From: Acidimicrobiales bacterium
Lineage (GTDB): Bacteria > Actinomycetota > Acidimicrobiia > Acidimicrobiales > SZUA-35
Assembly (NCBI GenBank): GCA_965216655.1
Contig: CBDCGP010000016.1
Coordinates: 4,031-68,030, forward strand
DNA length: 64,000 nt
Direction: 5' to 3'
Both the position numbers and the translations under genes were made by a program. Numbering within the stretch: position 1 is the stretch's first letter; every line of letters begins with the position of its first letter. A model generated the notes under the pieces. It made no database searches, was not told where the DNA came from, and saw only the letters and a program-made list of their open reading frames with translations. This document shows positions 46,888-55,778 of this stretch, piece by piece.

Positions 46888-47586
46888 TCACCACTCGACG
46901 GTCAGCAACAACGGAAAGTGGTCGCTCACGTGAAACTGTTGTCCGTCGACTTCGCGCGGCTCGTCGAGGACTCGCTGGCCCGCGATCCGCAACGAACCCG
47001 CCGTGAAGGCTCTGGTGAAATACGCCCGGAATCGCCCACTCTCGCCTCGAAACCGGTTGCGGTGGCCGTCCCAGGTGGGCCCCGGGGGTCTTGGTGCGGC
47101 AAACCCGAGCTCGGTGAAGGCCGGTTCCTCGTCGACCCGGGTGTTGGTGTCGCCGACCACCACCAGACGCTCGGTGGGACTGGTGTCGAGAACCGCCTCA
47201 AGTTGCCGGCGGCGCATGTCGGCCGATCCCCGGCCGGGCGCCAGATGGACGTTGGCAATCGTCAGGTCATGGGCGGCGAACGTGGTGAGTATCCCTGTGC
47301 GCGTCAACCCGATCGACCCGGGCTCGGGGTCCATCAACGCGTGGCTGACCAGCGTCGCAAGATTGCCGCTGTGGCTTCGCGGGTTGCTCCGAACCATGTC
47401 GTGGGTTTCGACGTAGGGCACGAGGCCCGGCAGCTCCTGGAAGGTGACCACATCCGGTTCGACGTCGAGCACCGTCTCCCGGACGGCGGCCTCGACATCG
47501 GATTGACCCCAGTACGTCGGGGCATCGGCCGACCGTTCGAACATGGCCAGATTCCAGCTCAGGACGGTGATCCGATTGGCCGTCAC
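46888..47586 (-). CDS. endonuclease/exonuclease/phosphatase (EEP) family protein
   Basis: ITVLSWNL...VVTFQEL...GDTN...VSDHFPLLLTVEW. GTG 47586 was chosen to avoid overlapping the upstream gene. Confidence 0.8.
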   Translation of the reverse strand: MTANRITVLSWNLAMFERSADAPTYWGQSDVEAAVRETVLDVEPDVVTFQELPGLVPYVETHDMVRSNPRSHSGNLATLVSHALMDPEPGSIGLTRTGILTTFAAHDLTIANVHLAPGRGSADMRRRQLEAVLDTSPTERLVVVGDTNTRVDEEPAFTELGFAAPRPPGPTWDGHRNRFRGESGRFRAYFTRAFTAGSLRIAGQRVLDEPREVDGQQFHVSDHFPLLLTVEW

Positions 47587-47596
47587 GGGCGAAAGT

Positions 47597-48271
47597 CTAC
47601 GGCAGGAGTCTGAGCGAGCCGAGGAAGCGTTCGGCGTCGTCCCGATCGTCGTCGTCGACATCCAGCATCGAGGCTGAGATCACGGTGTCCCCGACTCGAT
47701 AGGCGGTGCCGTGGAACGTTGCGATGGGGTCGCCGTCAACCTCCAGCACCCCCTCGAATCTGACCCCCGGGTTGTCATCGAGATCGACCGATTCCTCGGA
47801 GACGATGTCATACGTGACGGCACCGCTCGACTGTTGCTCTATGACGGCGGCGGAACCCTCGAGCGCACCGACGGCGGCCCGTTCGAAGTCGAAGGTTTCG
47901 CCCGGTCCGACTTCGAACTCGGTGATACCGAGGACGTCGAGGTTCTGCTCGGCCGTCCAGACGCCGAGGGTGAGACCGTCCTGCTCACCTTCGGTGTACT
48001 CGGGCTCGGTCGGAAAATCGATCGAGTACAGCCCCGAGGCGCTGGTGTAGTCGGCCCAGCCATCGGCATCGGCATCGACATCTGTATCGAAATCGACATC
48101 GGCATCCGAATCGGCGCCGACATCGGCTGGAGCACCGGCGTCCTCGATACTCTCGTCGATCGTCTCCTGCAGCCGGTCCAGCCCGTCGGCAACACCGCAT
48201 CCGGAAGCCATGAGCAACGGAACGAACAGGATCGTCACCGCCCTCCGGGCCGCCGTGCTCGCCTTCACCAT
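47597..48271 (-). CDS. acidic lipoprotein, function unknown
   Basis: Lipobox LLMASGC after a basic N-terminus. Asp-rich linker. Confidence 0.6.
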   Translation of the reverse strand: MVKASTAARRAVTILFVPLLMASGCGVADGLDRLQETIDESIEDAGAPADVGADSDADVDFDTDVDADADGWADYTSASGLYSIDFPTEPEYTEGEQDGLTLGVWTAEQNLDVLGITEFEVGPGETFDFERAAVGALEGSAAVIEQQSSGAVTYDIVSEESVDLDDNPGVRFEGVLEVDGDPIATFHGTAYRVGDTVISASMLDVDDDDRDDAERFLGSLRLLP

Positions 48272-48354
48272 GGCGCCATCGTACCCTTCGGCGTCGTTCG
48301 GGGATAGGGCGATGCTGTTGCCTCCTCGGGTGAAATCGTGCTGGACTCGATTCC

Positions 48355-50214
48355 ATGGTTGAGATCGACGAGCTCGTCGAACGTCTCGGTCGGTCCGAGT
48401 TGTTCAGCGAGCTGGACGACGAGTTGTTGCGGTGGGCGGCCGCACAGTGCACGATCGAGTACCAACGAACGGGAACCCGCCTCGTCGACTTCGGCCAGGA
48501 GAACAGCGACGTCTTCGTGATCATCAAGGGGGCGGTCGAACTACACAACCGCGACGGTGAGCTGGTCGGGAGAGTCGCGGAGCGCGACACGCTGGGGGTC
48601 GTGTCGTCGGCCACCGGGCGGTTGACCAGGAGCACCTGTGAACTGATCGAGGACAGCGTGTTCTGCCGGTTCGGCCCCGAACCGATCGGATGGCTGCGCA
48701 GCCATTCGATCGACTTCGACCGGCGGCTGATCTCGATCGTCGAGGATCGGGCCATCGCCGAACGGGCCGGCAACACGTCGGAGCGGCCGAGTCTGCTGAC
48801 CGTCAACTGCGGGTCGCTGGCGCGGAAGGCCCCGGTTTCGGTCCGAACGTCGACCCGGGTCGACGAAGCCGCCGCCATCATGACCGCCAACGGCGTGTCG
48901 TCGGTACTGGTGGTTGGTGACGACGGCGTTCTGATCGGCATCATGACCGACCGTGACGTCCGTAGCCGCATCGTGGCCGCCGGTCGTGACCTGACGACCC
49001 CGGTCATCGAGGTGATGACCAGCGAGCTCGTCACGGTGTCACCGGAGACGCCCGGTCAAACGGCGTTGTTGACCATGACGGAGAACAACATTCACCATCT
49101 GCCGATCGTCGATCCCGGCAAGCGTCCGATTGCGGTGATCTCGATCAACGATCTTCACGTGGCCCTCACCAGCGACCCGGTGTTCGTGGTCGGCAACATG
49201 TCGAAGGCGGCGGAGGTGTCCGATGTTGTGACCGCGGCGGCCCATGTTCCCCGGATGGTGCAGCAACTCATGGCCGCCGACGCCAAGGCCGAAACGGTCG
49301 GACGCCTCGTCACCTCCGTGACCGACGCGGCGTCGGTGCGTCTGGCCGAGCTGGCGGAGGCCAAGTTCGGTCCGCCACCCATGCCGTATGCGTTCGTCTG
49401 TTTCGGATCACAGGCCCGGATGGAGCAGACCGCTCACACGGACCAGGACAACGCGCTGATCCTGTCTCGCGACCCGACCGAGCCCGAAGCCGAGTACTTC
49501 GCCCAGTGGGCCCGCTTCGTCTGCGACGGCTTGGCCGAGGCCGGTTACCGGTTGTGTCCCGACGACATCATGGCCACCAACCCTCGATGGGCGGTGAGCC
49601 TCGACCGCTGGCAGGAGTACGTCACCGACTGGGTGACCTCGCCGACCCCGGAAGCCGTGCGCGACGCCGCCGTGTTCTTCGACGCCCGGCACCTGCACGG
49701 CGACGCCACCCTGACCCGCCGTTACCGAAACTGGAGCGTGAGCCAGGCGGCCGCCCATCCGCTGTTTCTCGGCCGGCTGGCCGGCAACGGGGTCGAGTTC
49801 AAACCACCGATCGGTTTCTTCCGTCGCTTCGTCGTGGAGAAGGACGGCGAACACCGGGACCGTCTGGACCTGAAAGGTCGAGGGGTCACGCCGGTCATCG
49901 AGTTGGCCCGGGTCCTGGCTCTGTCGGAGGAGCTGGATGCGACGAACACCTTCGACCGGTTGCGGGCCCTGGGACCGACCCCGGCGCTCGCCCCCGCTGA
50001 CGCGCTCGACCTCGAGGTGGCCCTCGAACACGTCGGGTATCACCGTTTGCAGCACCAACGCCGCCAACTCGAGCGAGGGGAGCAGCCCGACAACCATCTC
50101 GACCCCGACGAACTCAGCCGTCTCGAACGTGAAGTTCTGAAGCGGGCGTTCGTCGCCATCAGCGCCCACCAAGACGGTCTCCGGCGTCGGTTCGGCTCCG
50201 GGTCGACGGGCTAG
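48355..50214 (+). CDS. cNMP-binding + tandem CBS + DUF294-type nucleotidyltransferase signal-transduction protein
   Basis: cNMP domain (GDVFVIIKGAVEL), CBS pair (VLVVGDDGVLIGIMTDRDV; IHHLPIV), and NTase core PYAFVCFGSQARMEQTAHTDQDNALI. Confidence 0.85.
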   Translation: MVEIDELVERLGRSELFSELDDELLRWAAAQCTIEYQRTGTRLVDFGQENSDVFVIIKGAVELHNRDGELVGRVAERDTLGVVSSATGRLTRSTCELIEDSVFCRFGPEPIGWLRSHSIDFDRRLISIVEDRAIAERAGNTSERPSLLTVNCGSLARKAPVSVRTSTRVDEAAAIMTANGVSSVLVVGDDGVLIGIMTDRDVRSRIVAAGRDLTTPVIEVMTSELVTVSPETPGQTALLTMTENNIHHLPIVDPGKRPIAVISINDLHVALTSDPVFVVGNMSKAAEVSDVVTAAAHVPRMVQQLMAADAKAETVGRLVTSVTDAASVRLAELAEAKFGPPPMPYAFVCFGSQARMEQTAHTDQDNALILSRDPTEPEAEYFAQWARFVCDGLAEAGYRLCPDDIMATNPRWAVSLDRWQEYVTDWVTSPTPEAVRDAAVFFDARHLHGDATLTRRYRNWSVSQAAAHPLFLGRLAGNGVEFKPPIGFFRRFVVEKDGEHRDRLDLKGRGVTPVIELARVLALSEELDATNTFDRLRALGPTPALAPADALDLEVALEHVGYHRLQHQRRQLERGEQPDNHLDPDELSRLEREVLKRAFVAISAHQDGLRRRFGSGSTG

Positions 50215-50221
50215 CGCGCCA

Positions 50222-50965
50222 GTGGTGTTCGGGCTGCGACATCGGGGACGCCGTCGGGTCGTCGCCGACTTCGTGGCGGAGGGCCGGGAACGGGAGAAAG
50301 ACGGCGGCGCACTGGCCCGCTACTACGCGGATCCCGTTGAGTTCGACCCCTCAGAGCCGTGGCACGAAGCCTCGTATCTCGTGCTCGATGTCGAGGCGAC
50401 GGCAATCGATCCGGACGAAGGGCATCTGTTGTCGATGGGCTGGGTTTGCGTCGACGGGGGAGTGGTGGACGCCGGCTCGGCCCGTCACCATCTGATCCGT
50501 CCGCCGTCGTCGGTGGAGGTGGGCCAGTCGGCGGTCGTGCACCACATCACCGACACCGAGGTCAGCGATGGCGATGATCCCGACGACGTCGTCGACTTGT
50601 TGCTCGGTGATCTGGTCGGGCGAATTCTCGTGTGCCACTTCGCCCAGATCGAGCTTGGGTATGTCACCAAGATCTGTCGGAATCGATGGGGGATCGGGTT
50701 CTGGCCGTGGCAGCTGATCGACACCATGCAGTGGCATGTCGACCGGTCGCGTCGCCTCCTCGAACTCGAGGCGGCCCAGAACGTGAGGTTGTATTCGCTA
50801 CTCGACCGCTACGGTCTTCCCCCGGTTCGCAGCCACCACGCACTCTCGGATGCCTACGGCACGGCGATGCTCCTGATGGCTATGGGAGGCGGCTCAGTGG
50901 AAGGGGGTCGGGGCGGCGTTCGCCTGCTCGACGACCTGCTCGACGGCCGCTCCTGGTCGCCGTAG
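50222..50965 (+). CDS. DEDDh 3'-5' exonuclease (DNA pol III epsilon-like)
   Basis: YLVLDVEATAIDP (ExoI), VCHFAQIELGY, and HHALSDAYGTAMLL (ExoIII, H-x4-D). Confidence 0.8.
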   Translation: MVFGLRHRGRRRVVADFVAEGREREKDGGALARYYADPVEFDPSEPWHEASYLVLDVEATAIDPDEGHLLSMGWVCVDGGVVDAGSARHHLIRPPSSVEVGQSAVVHHITDTEVSDGDDPDDVVDLLLGDLVGRILVCHFAQIELGYVTKICRNRWGIGFWPWQLIDTMQWHVDRSRRLLELEAAQNVRLYSLLDRYGLPPVRSHHALSDAYGTAMLLMAMGGGSVEGGRGGVRLLDDLLDGRSWSP

Positions 50966-50988
50966 CGGTTGCCGGCGGCACCACCAGA

Positions 50989-52530
50989 TCACTTCGGAGG
51001 TTTGCCTCCGCCGTTGCCACCTCCGTTGCCGCCCCCATTACCTCCACCGTTGCCGCCGCCGTCGGTGTTGGTCCAGGAGCCGACGGCGTCGCCGGGGATC
51101 AGATCGGGTTGCCACGTGCGGCCGGCGGCCGTGAGGGCCTGGACCTCGAAGGTCAGCACGGCATCGGTGGCCATGGTGATCCGATTCCTGCCGATGGTGG
51201 CGATACCGCTGCTGTCGGTCGTGCCGGAGCCAACCGCGATCGGCGAGCCGTCGACCCGCCATTCTCCGGTCACCGACGCCGATGCAACCGGGGCGTTGTT
51301 CTCGTCGATGACCGTGATCGTGGCCGTGGCGTTCACCCCTCGACGTTTGGCCGAACCGCTCACATCGACGGTGGCGTCCATGTCGAGCGGCTGGGATGGC
51401 GGCCCGGCGGTGGTGCGGAACGGGCCCGTTATCTCGTAGGTGACCCCGGGGTTTCGCTGGGAGCTGACGTACATCCTCGTGCCCGAGGGATTGAACGCCA
51501 CGCCGGTCAACTCCGAGCCGCTGACGTCGAGCCGGAAGAACGGAGCGACCGTTCCCTCGGGGGTGAGCATGACGACCTCCATGTTGCCCCCGTCTTCGCA
51601 GACGAACACGTCGCCGGAAACGGAGACGGTCACGTTGTCGACCCCGCTCAGCACCGGGTCGGGGGAGGTGGCGATGTCATAGATCACCTCGAGCTGGTTG
51701 CCGGCCGGATCGAAGCGCCAGACCCGGTTGTCGCCCTTGGTGGTGAAGTACAGGTTGGTGCCGTCGAACCAGGCCCCCTCGCCACCGTCGAACACCTTGG
51801 CCTCCGCCACCTGGGAACGGGTTGCGGTCGACGAGGCCGACGGGTCTGGCACGGTGGCCCAGCCGAGCTGGCCGCCGACCTCGGTCATGACTTCGAGCGT
51901 TCCGGTGGAGAGATCGCCCCATGTGTCGGGCCGGAAGCGATAGAGCACGCCGTTCGACTCGTCTTCGGTGAGGTAGATGACCTGATTGTTCGGGTCGGCG
52001 GCGGCCGCCTCGTGGCGGAAGACGCCCATTGCCGGTCGCACGGCGGCGGGGCCGACACCGAGCGGGTCGCACTCCCAGACCCGGCCGGAGGAGGTCTCCT
52101 CGCAGCTGAGCCATGTGCCCCACGGGGTCGGTCCGCCGGCACAGTTGCGGCTGGTGCCCGTCAGGATCGATCGGGCGTCGACGATGGCGCCGCTCGAGTC
52201 GAATCGAACCATCGACGCGCCGCCACCGCCCGAACCCGTCTCGTCGTTGGAAACGTAGATCCAGCCTCCGTCGGGCTGGGCGAACGTGGCGCCGCCATCA
52301 GGGTTCGGATGCCAGGTGTAGCCCGTCGCCGCGACTGCGGCGCCGGTCACGGCGATGACCCGGGAGGAGAAGCCGGGAGGCAGTGCGATCCCGTTGCCGT
52401 CGGGCGTTCCGAGGGGCCCGTAGGGCGTGTCGCCGGCGACGGCGACAGAGGCGAAACGTGATCCGAGAAGGGCCAAACCACCGACGGCTATGGTCCCGTG
52501 TTTCAAGAAGGTGCGGCGGTGCATCGGCAC
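50989..52530 (-). CDS. Tat-secreted DUF839/PhoX-like beta-propeller protein with Ig-like domain and (GGGN)n tail
   Basis: Tat motif HRRTFLKHG. NCAGGPTPWGTWLSCEE is typical of the PhoX/DUF839 family. C-terminal GGGNGGGNGGGNGGGNGGGKPPK. Confidence 0.8.
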   Translation of the reverse strand: MPMHRRTFLKHGTIAVGGLALLGSRFASVAVAGDTPYGPLGTPDGNGIALPPGFSSRVIAVTGAAVAATGYTWHPNPDGGATFAQPDGGWIYVSNDETGSGGGGASMVRFDSSGAIVDARSILTGTSRNCAGGPTPWGTWLSCEETSSGRVWECDPLGVGPAAVRPAMGVFRHEAAAADPNNQVIYLTEDESNGVLYRFRPDTWGDLSTGTLEVMTEVGGQLGWATVPDPSASSTATRSQVAEAKVFDGGEGAWFDGTNLYFTTKGDNRVWRFDPAGNQLEVIYDIATSPDPVLSGVDNVTVSVSGDVFVCEDGGNMEVVMLTPEGTVAPFFRLDVSGSELTGVAFNPSGTRMYVSSQRNPGVTYEITGPFRTTAGPPSQPLDMDATVDVSGSAKRRGVNATATITVIDENNAPVASASVTGEWRVDGSPIAVGSGTTDSSGIATIGRNRITMATDAVLTFEVQALTAAGRTWQPDLIPGDAVGSWTNTDGGGNGGGNGGGNGGGNGGGKPPK

Positions 52531-52598
52531 AATCTACCAGACGCCTCTGCCTGCTCGCCGCTCTGCCCGTCGTCGGCCCGGCCAGTTCTTGAGATTGT

Positions 52599-55142
52599 GT
52601 GCCGGATGCCGAAGATACCACCATGTGTTGCACACGACATGGCCACGGTCGAACCCACCGAGCACGCCGTCGGATCCTCACCGTCATGATGGTGGCGACC
52701 CTGTCCTTGACCCTCATCGGTCTCGTCTCATCGCCCGCTTCTGCGGCGAGCCCGACGATTTCGACGGACGGATCGGTCACCGGAGCCCCGGGCTCGACGA
52801 TGTTCCCGTTCGCAAATGCGGTGATCTCGGGAACGGGCACGATGGAGGGGATCACCATCCGGATCGCATCGGGATTCAACGCCTCCATCGACCAGATGGG
52901 GACCAGCGGCTCTCATGCCGGGATAACCGTTTCCTACTCATCGTCGTCCGGCCTGCTCCGCCTGCGAGGCACCGCCACCATCGCCGACTATCAGGCTGCC
53001 TTGCGCGACGTCACCTATTCGCAGAGCTCGACGATCGAAGGAAGCCGAACGTTCATCGTCGTGGCGGGAACGGCAATCTATCTACCCGACACCGGCAACC
53101 TGTACGAGTATGTCGATACCGGTGCGAACATCACGTGGACAGCGGCCCGTGCTGCCGCCCTGGCCCGCACGTTCGGCCCCTACAGCGGTCACCTGGCCAA
53201 CATCTCGTCGCAGGTCGAGAATGACGTGGCCCTGGTCGAGCTGACCGGCAACACCTGGATTGGAGCTTCGGACGAGGCTGTCGAGGGCGAGTGGCGTTGG
53301 ATGGACGGGCCCGAGGCCGGCCAGTTCTTCTTCCAGCAGGCCGGTGCCGGTGGCACGGCGGTCGGCGGCTTGTACAACAACTGGCAGACCAACGAGCCGA
53401 ACGAGTACGGATCGGGTGAGGACTACGCCCACATGTTCGCCGGTTCCGGGCTCTGGAACGATTACCCGGACTCGTTGAGCGTACTCGGCTATCTGGTCGA
53501 GTACGAAGTCGACGACATCGGTTCGGTGGCCAGTCTCGTCCGTCTCCTGATCGGTGTCGACAGCGATGGCGACGGTGTTTCCGACAGCGACGAGACGGCG
53601 CAGAGCACCGATCCCAACGATCCCGACGACTATCTCGACACCGACGGCGACGGGGTGCCGGACTCCGTTGAGCTCGCGGACGGTACCGATCCGAACGACC
53701 CCGGTGATGCGAAGGACACCGACGGCGACGGCCTGTCCGACTATCAGGAGGGACGACTGGGCACAAGCCCGCTGACGAGCGACTCCGACGGCGACGGCGC
53801 GACCGACGGCGACGAAGTGGCCGCCGGATCCGATCCGAACGATCCCGCCAGTGTCCCGGACGCCGACGGCGACGGCGTTCCCGATCACGTGGAGACCAGC
53901 GACGGCACCGATCCGAATGACGCCCAGGACTTCGTCGACTCCGATGGTGATGGCGTGCCGAGTTACGTCGAGACGAACGACGGTACGGATCCCAATGACG
54001 CGGACGATTTTGTGGACGGTGACGCCGATGGTGTACCGGACTACGTCGAGACCGGTGACGGAACGGATCCCGCTGATGGCGACGACTTCGTCGATGGCGA
54101 TGGGGATGGTGTATCGGACTACGAGGAGTCCGGCGACGGCACCGATCCGAATGACGCCGCGGACTTTGTCGACTCCGATGGTGACGGCGTACCCAACCGT
54201 GTCGAGTCGAAGGATGGTACGGATCCCAATGACGCGGACGATTTTGTGGACGGTGACGCCGATGGTGTACCGGACTATGTCGAGACCGGTGACGGAACGG
54301 ATCCGGCTGATGGCGACGACTTCGTCGATGGCGATGGGGATGGTGTTTCGGACTACGAGGAGTCCGGCGACGGCACCGATCCGAATGACGCCGCAGACGT
54401 TCGCGACACGGATGGTGACGGCGTGCCGGACCGGGTCGAATCACGGCAGGGTACGGATCCGAACGACTCGACATCGGTCAAGGATTCAGATGCCGACGGT
54501 GTGACCGACTACGACGAGGAACGGGACGGCACGGACCCGGCGAAGGGTGACTCCGACGGGGATGGCGTCTCCGATGGCGACGAGGCGCTCGACGGCAGTG
54601 ATCCGCTCAGCAGCACCTCATTCCTCGACTCCGACGGTGACGGCGTGCCCAACCGCGTCGAGCTCGGCGATGGGACCGATCCGAACGACGCCGACTCGTT
54701 CGCCGACGCCGATGGCGACGGTGTGTCCGACTACTCGTTGGGCCGAGGCGCCAGGCCCCAGCCTCGCCACTGCGGATACGACTATGTGTCGTTTGCCGGC
54801 GTCGACGATAACCGTCAGGCCGTCACCCGCCTCTACCTGGTGCTGTTCCGACGGACTCCGGATGCGGCCGGTCTCAACTACTGGACGGGCCTCCTCGACG
54901 AAGGTGTGAGTCTCGAAGAGGTTCGGCGGTGGATGCTCGATGGCATCGAGTTCGCCGACCGCTACGGCTCACTCGACAACACGGCATTCACGTCGGCTGT
55001 CTACGACAACTTCTTCTGTCGACGGGTGGACCCGATCGGTGCGACCTACTGGGGTCAGCTCCTCAACGGCAACACGCTCGACCGGGCGTCACTAATCGAC
55101 TGGATGTTCGCCAGCAGAGAGTTCGGCACAAGGATCAGCTGA
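52599..55142 (+). CDS. large secreted protein: C-type lectin domain + many thrombospondin type-3-like Ca-binding repeats + C-terminal DUF4214
   Basis: Signal peptide ILTVMMVATLSLTLIGLVSSPASA. CTLD motif WIGASDEAVEGEWRWMDG...WNDYPDS. More than 15 D-x-D-G-D-G-V-x-D/GTDPND units. DUF4214-like VTRLYLVLFRRTPDAAGLNYW. The start is uncertain (52599 or 52623). Confidence 0.8.
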   Translation: MPDAEDTTMCCTRHGHGRTHRARRRILTVMMVATLSLTLIGLVSSPASAASPTISTDGSVTGAPGSTMFPFANAVISGTGTMEGITIRIASGFNASIDQMGTSGSHAGITVSYSSSSGLLRLRGTATIADYQAALRDVTYSQSSTIEGSRTFIVVAGTAIYLPDTGNLYEYVDTGANITWTAARAAALARTFGPYSGHLANISSQVENDVALVELTGNTWIGASDEAVEGEWRWMDGPEAGQFFFQQAGAGGTAVGGLYNNWQTNEPNEYGSGEDYAHMFAGSGLWNDYPDSLSVLGYLVEYEVDDIGSVASLVRLLIGVDSDGDGVSDSDETAQSTDPNDPDDYLDTDGDGVPDSVELADGTDPNDPGDAKDTDGDGLSDYQEGRLGTSPLTSDSDGDGATDGDEVAAGSDPNDPASVPDADGDGVPDHVETSDGTDPNDAQDFVDSDGDGVPSYVETNDGTDPNDADDFVDGDADGVPDYVETGDGTDPADGDDFVDGDGDGVSDYEESGDGTDPNDAADFVDSDGDGVPNRVESKDGTDPNDADDFVDGDADGVPDYVETGDGTDPADGDDFVDGDGDGVSDYEESGDGTDPNDAADVRDTDGDGVPDRVESRQGTDPNDSTSVKDSDADGVTDYDEERDGTDPAKGDSDGDGVSDGDEALDGSDPLSSTSFLDSDGDGVPNRVELGDGTDPNDADSFADADGDGVSDYSLGRGARPQPRHCGYDYVSFAGVDDNRQAVTRLYLVLFRRTPDAAGLNYWTGLLDEGVSLEEVRRWMLDGIEFADRYGSLDNTAFTSAVYDNFFCRRVDPIGATYWGQLLNGNTLDRASLIDWMFASREFGTRIS
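53982..54397 (+). repeat. near-identical 234-bp tandem duplication inside the TSP3-repeat region
   Basis: Over roughly 180 nt, the copy from 53982 and the copy from 54216 differ at only about three positions by eye. They then diverge. Confidence 0.75.
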
Positions 55143-55156
55143 GAGGCGTTGTCCGG

Positions 55157-55560
55157 TCAGCTGCGAGCGCTCGACGCCTCTTCGGGTGTCTTGATGCCCT
55201 CGGCGCCGGTGAACAGGCCACCGGCGGGCACACCGACCTCGATGAACGGCCCGTAGTCCGAGCGGCTCGAGAACTCCGTTGGCGCCGACGCGAGCCTCTC
55301 GCCGTCGAAGTAGTCGACGAACAGCGTTTCGATCGCCGCCGATCGCTCAGGCGCGCCGCTCGGTGGCGGATCGGAGTCCGACAGATCGCCGTCGTAGACG
55401 AACCTGACGTAGTTCGACGAGCCGATCATGTCGAAGTTGAGCATCGCCGCGATGTCATCGATCTGGTTCTCGGTCAGATCATCGACGTAGGCTTGTGACC
55501 CCAGCAGGCCGGACTCCTCGGCACCGCAGCAGAACGACTGCTGCAGCGACGATCCATGGG
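55157..55560 (-). pseudogene. remnant of an M28 family aminopeptidase (C-terminal part only)
   Basis: ...FCCGAEESGLLGSQAYVDDL...MLNFDMIGSSNY...RSDYGPFIEVGVPAGGLFTGAEGIKT. An in-frame stop lies upstream, and no N-terminal catalytic half or signal peptide is found. Confidence 0.6.
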
Positions 55561-55778
55561 GTGCGACGACATCTCATCATCCGTCCCGTCCGATCTGTGG
55601 TGTTCGCCGTCGATCGTATTGTCGGCGACACAACGAGCGTAGACGCGCCGTGATCGGCCGAACAAATGTGACGTTGACGCCGCGGTCGGGTGGTCGACTC
55701 GGGTCTGCCCGAAACCCCTTCCAGCCCGAAGCGCGAGTCCGGGGAATGGCGTGCTGGGAACGTCGGTTACCAGGGTTC

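Noticed and set aside
53500-54750. Possible CRISPR-like or satellite array, suggested by the periodic DNA.
   Set aside because: The periodicity is the coding repeat of TSP3 Ca-binding units in one long open frame. There is no repeat-spacer structure and no cas genes.
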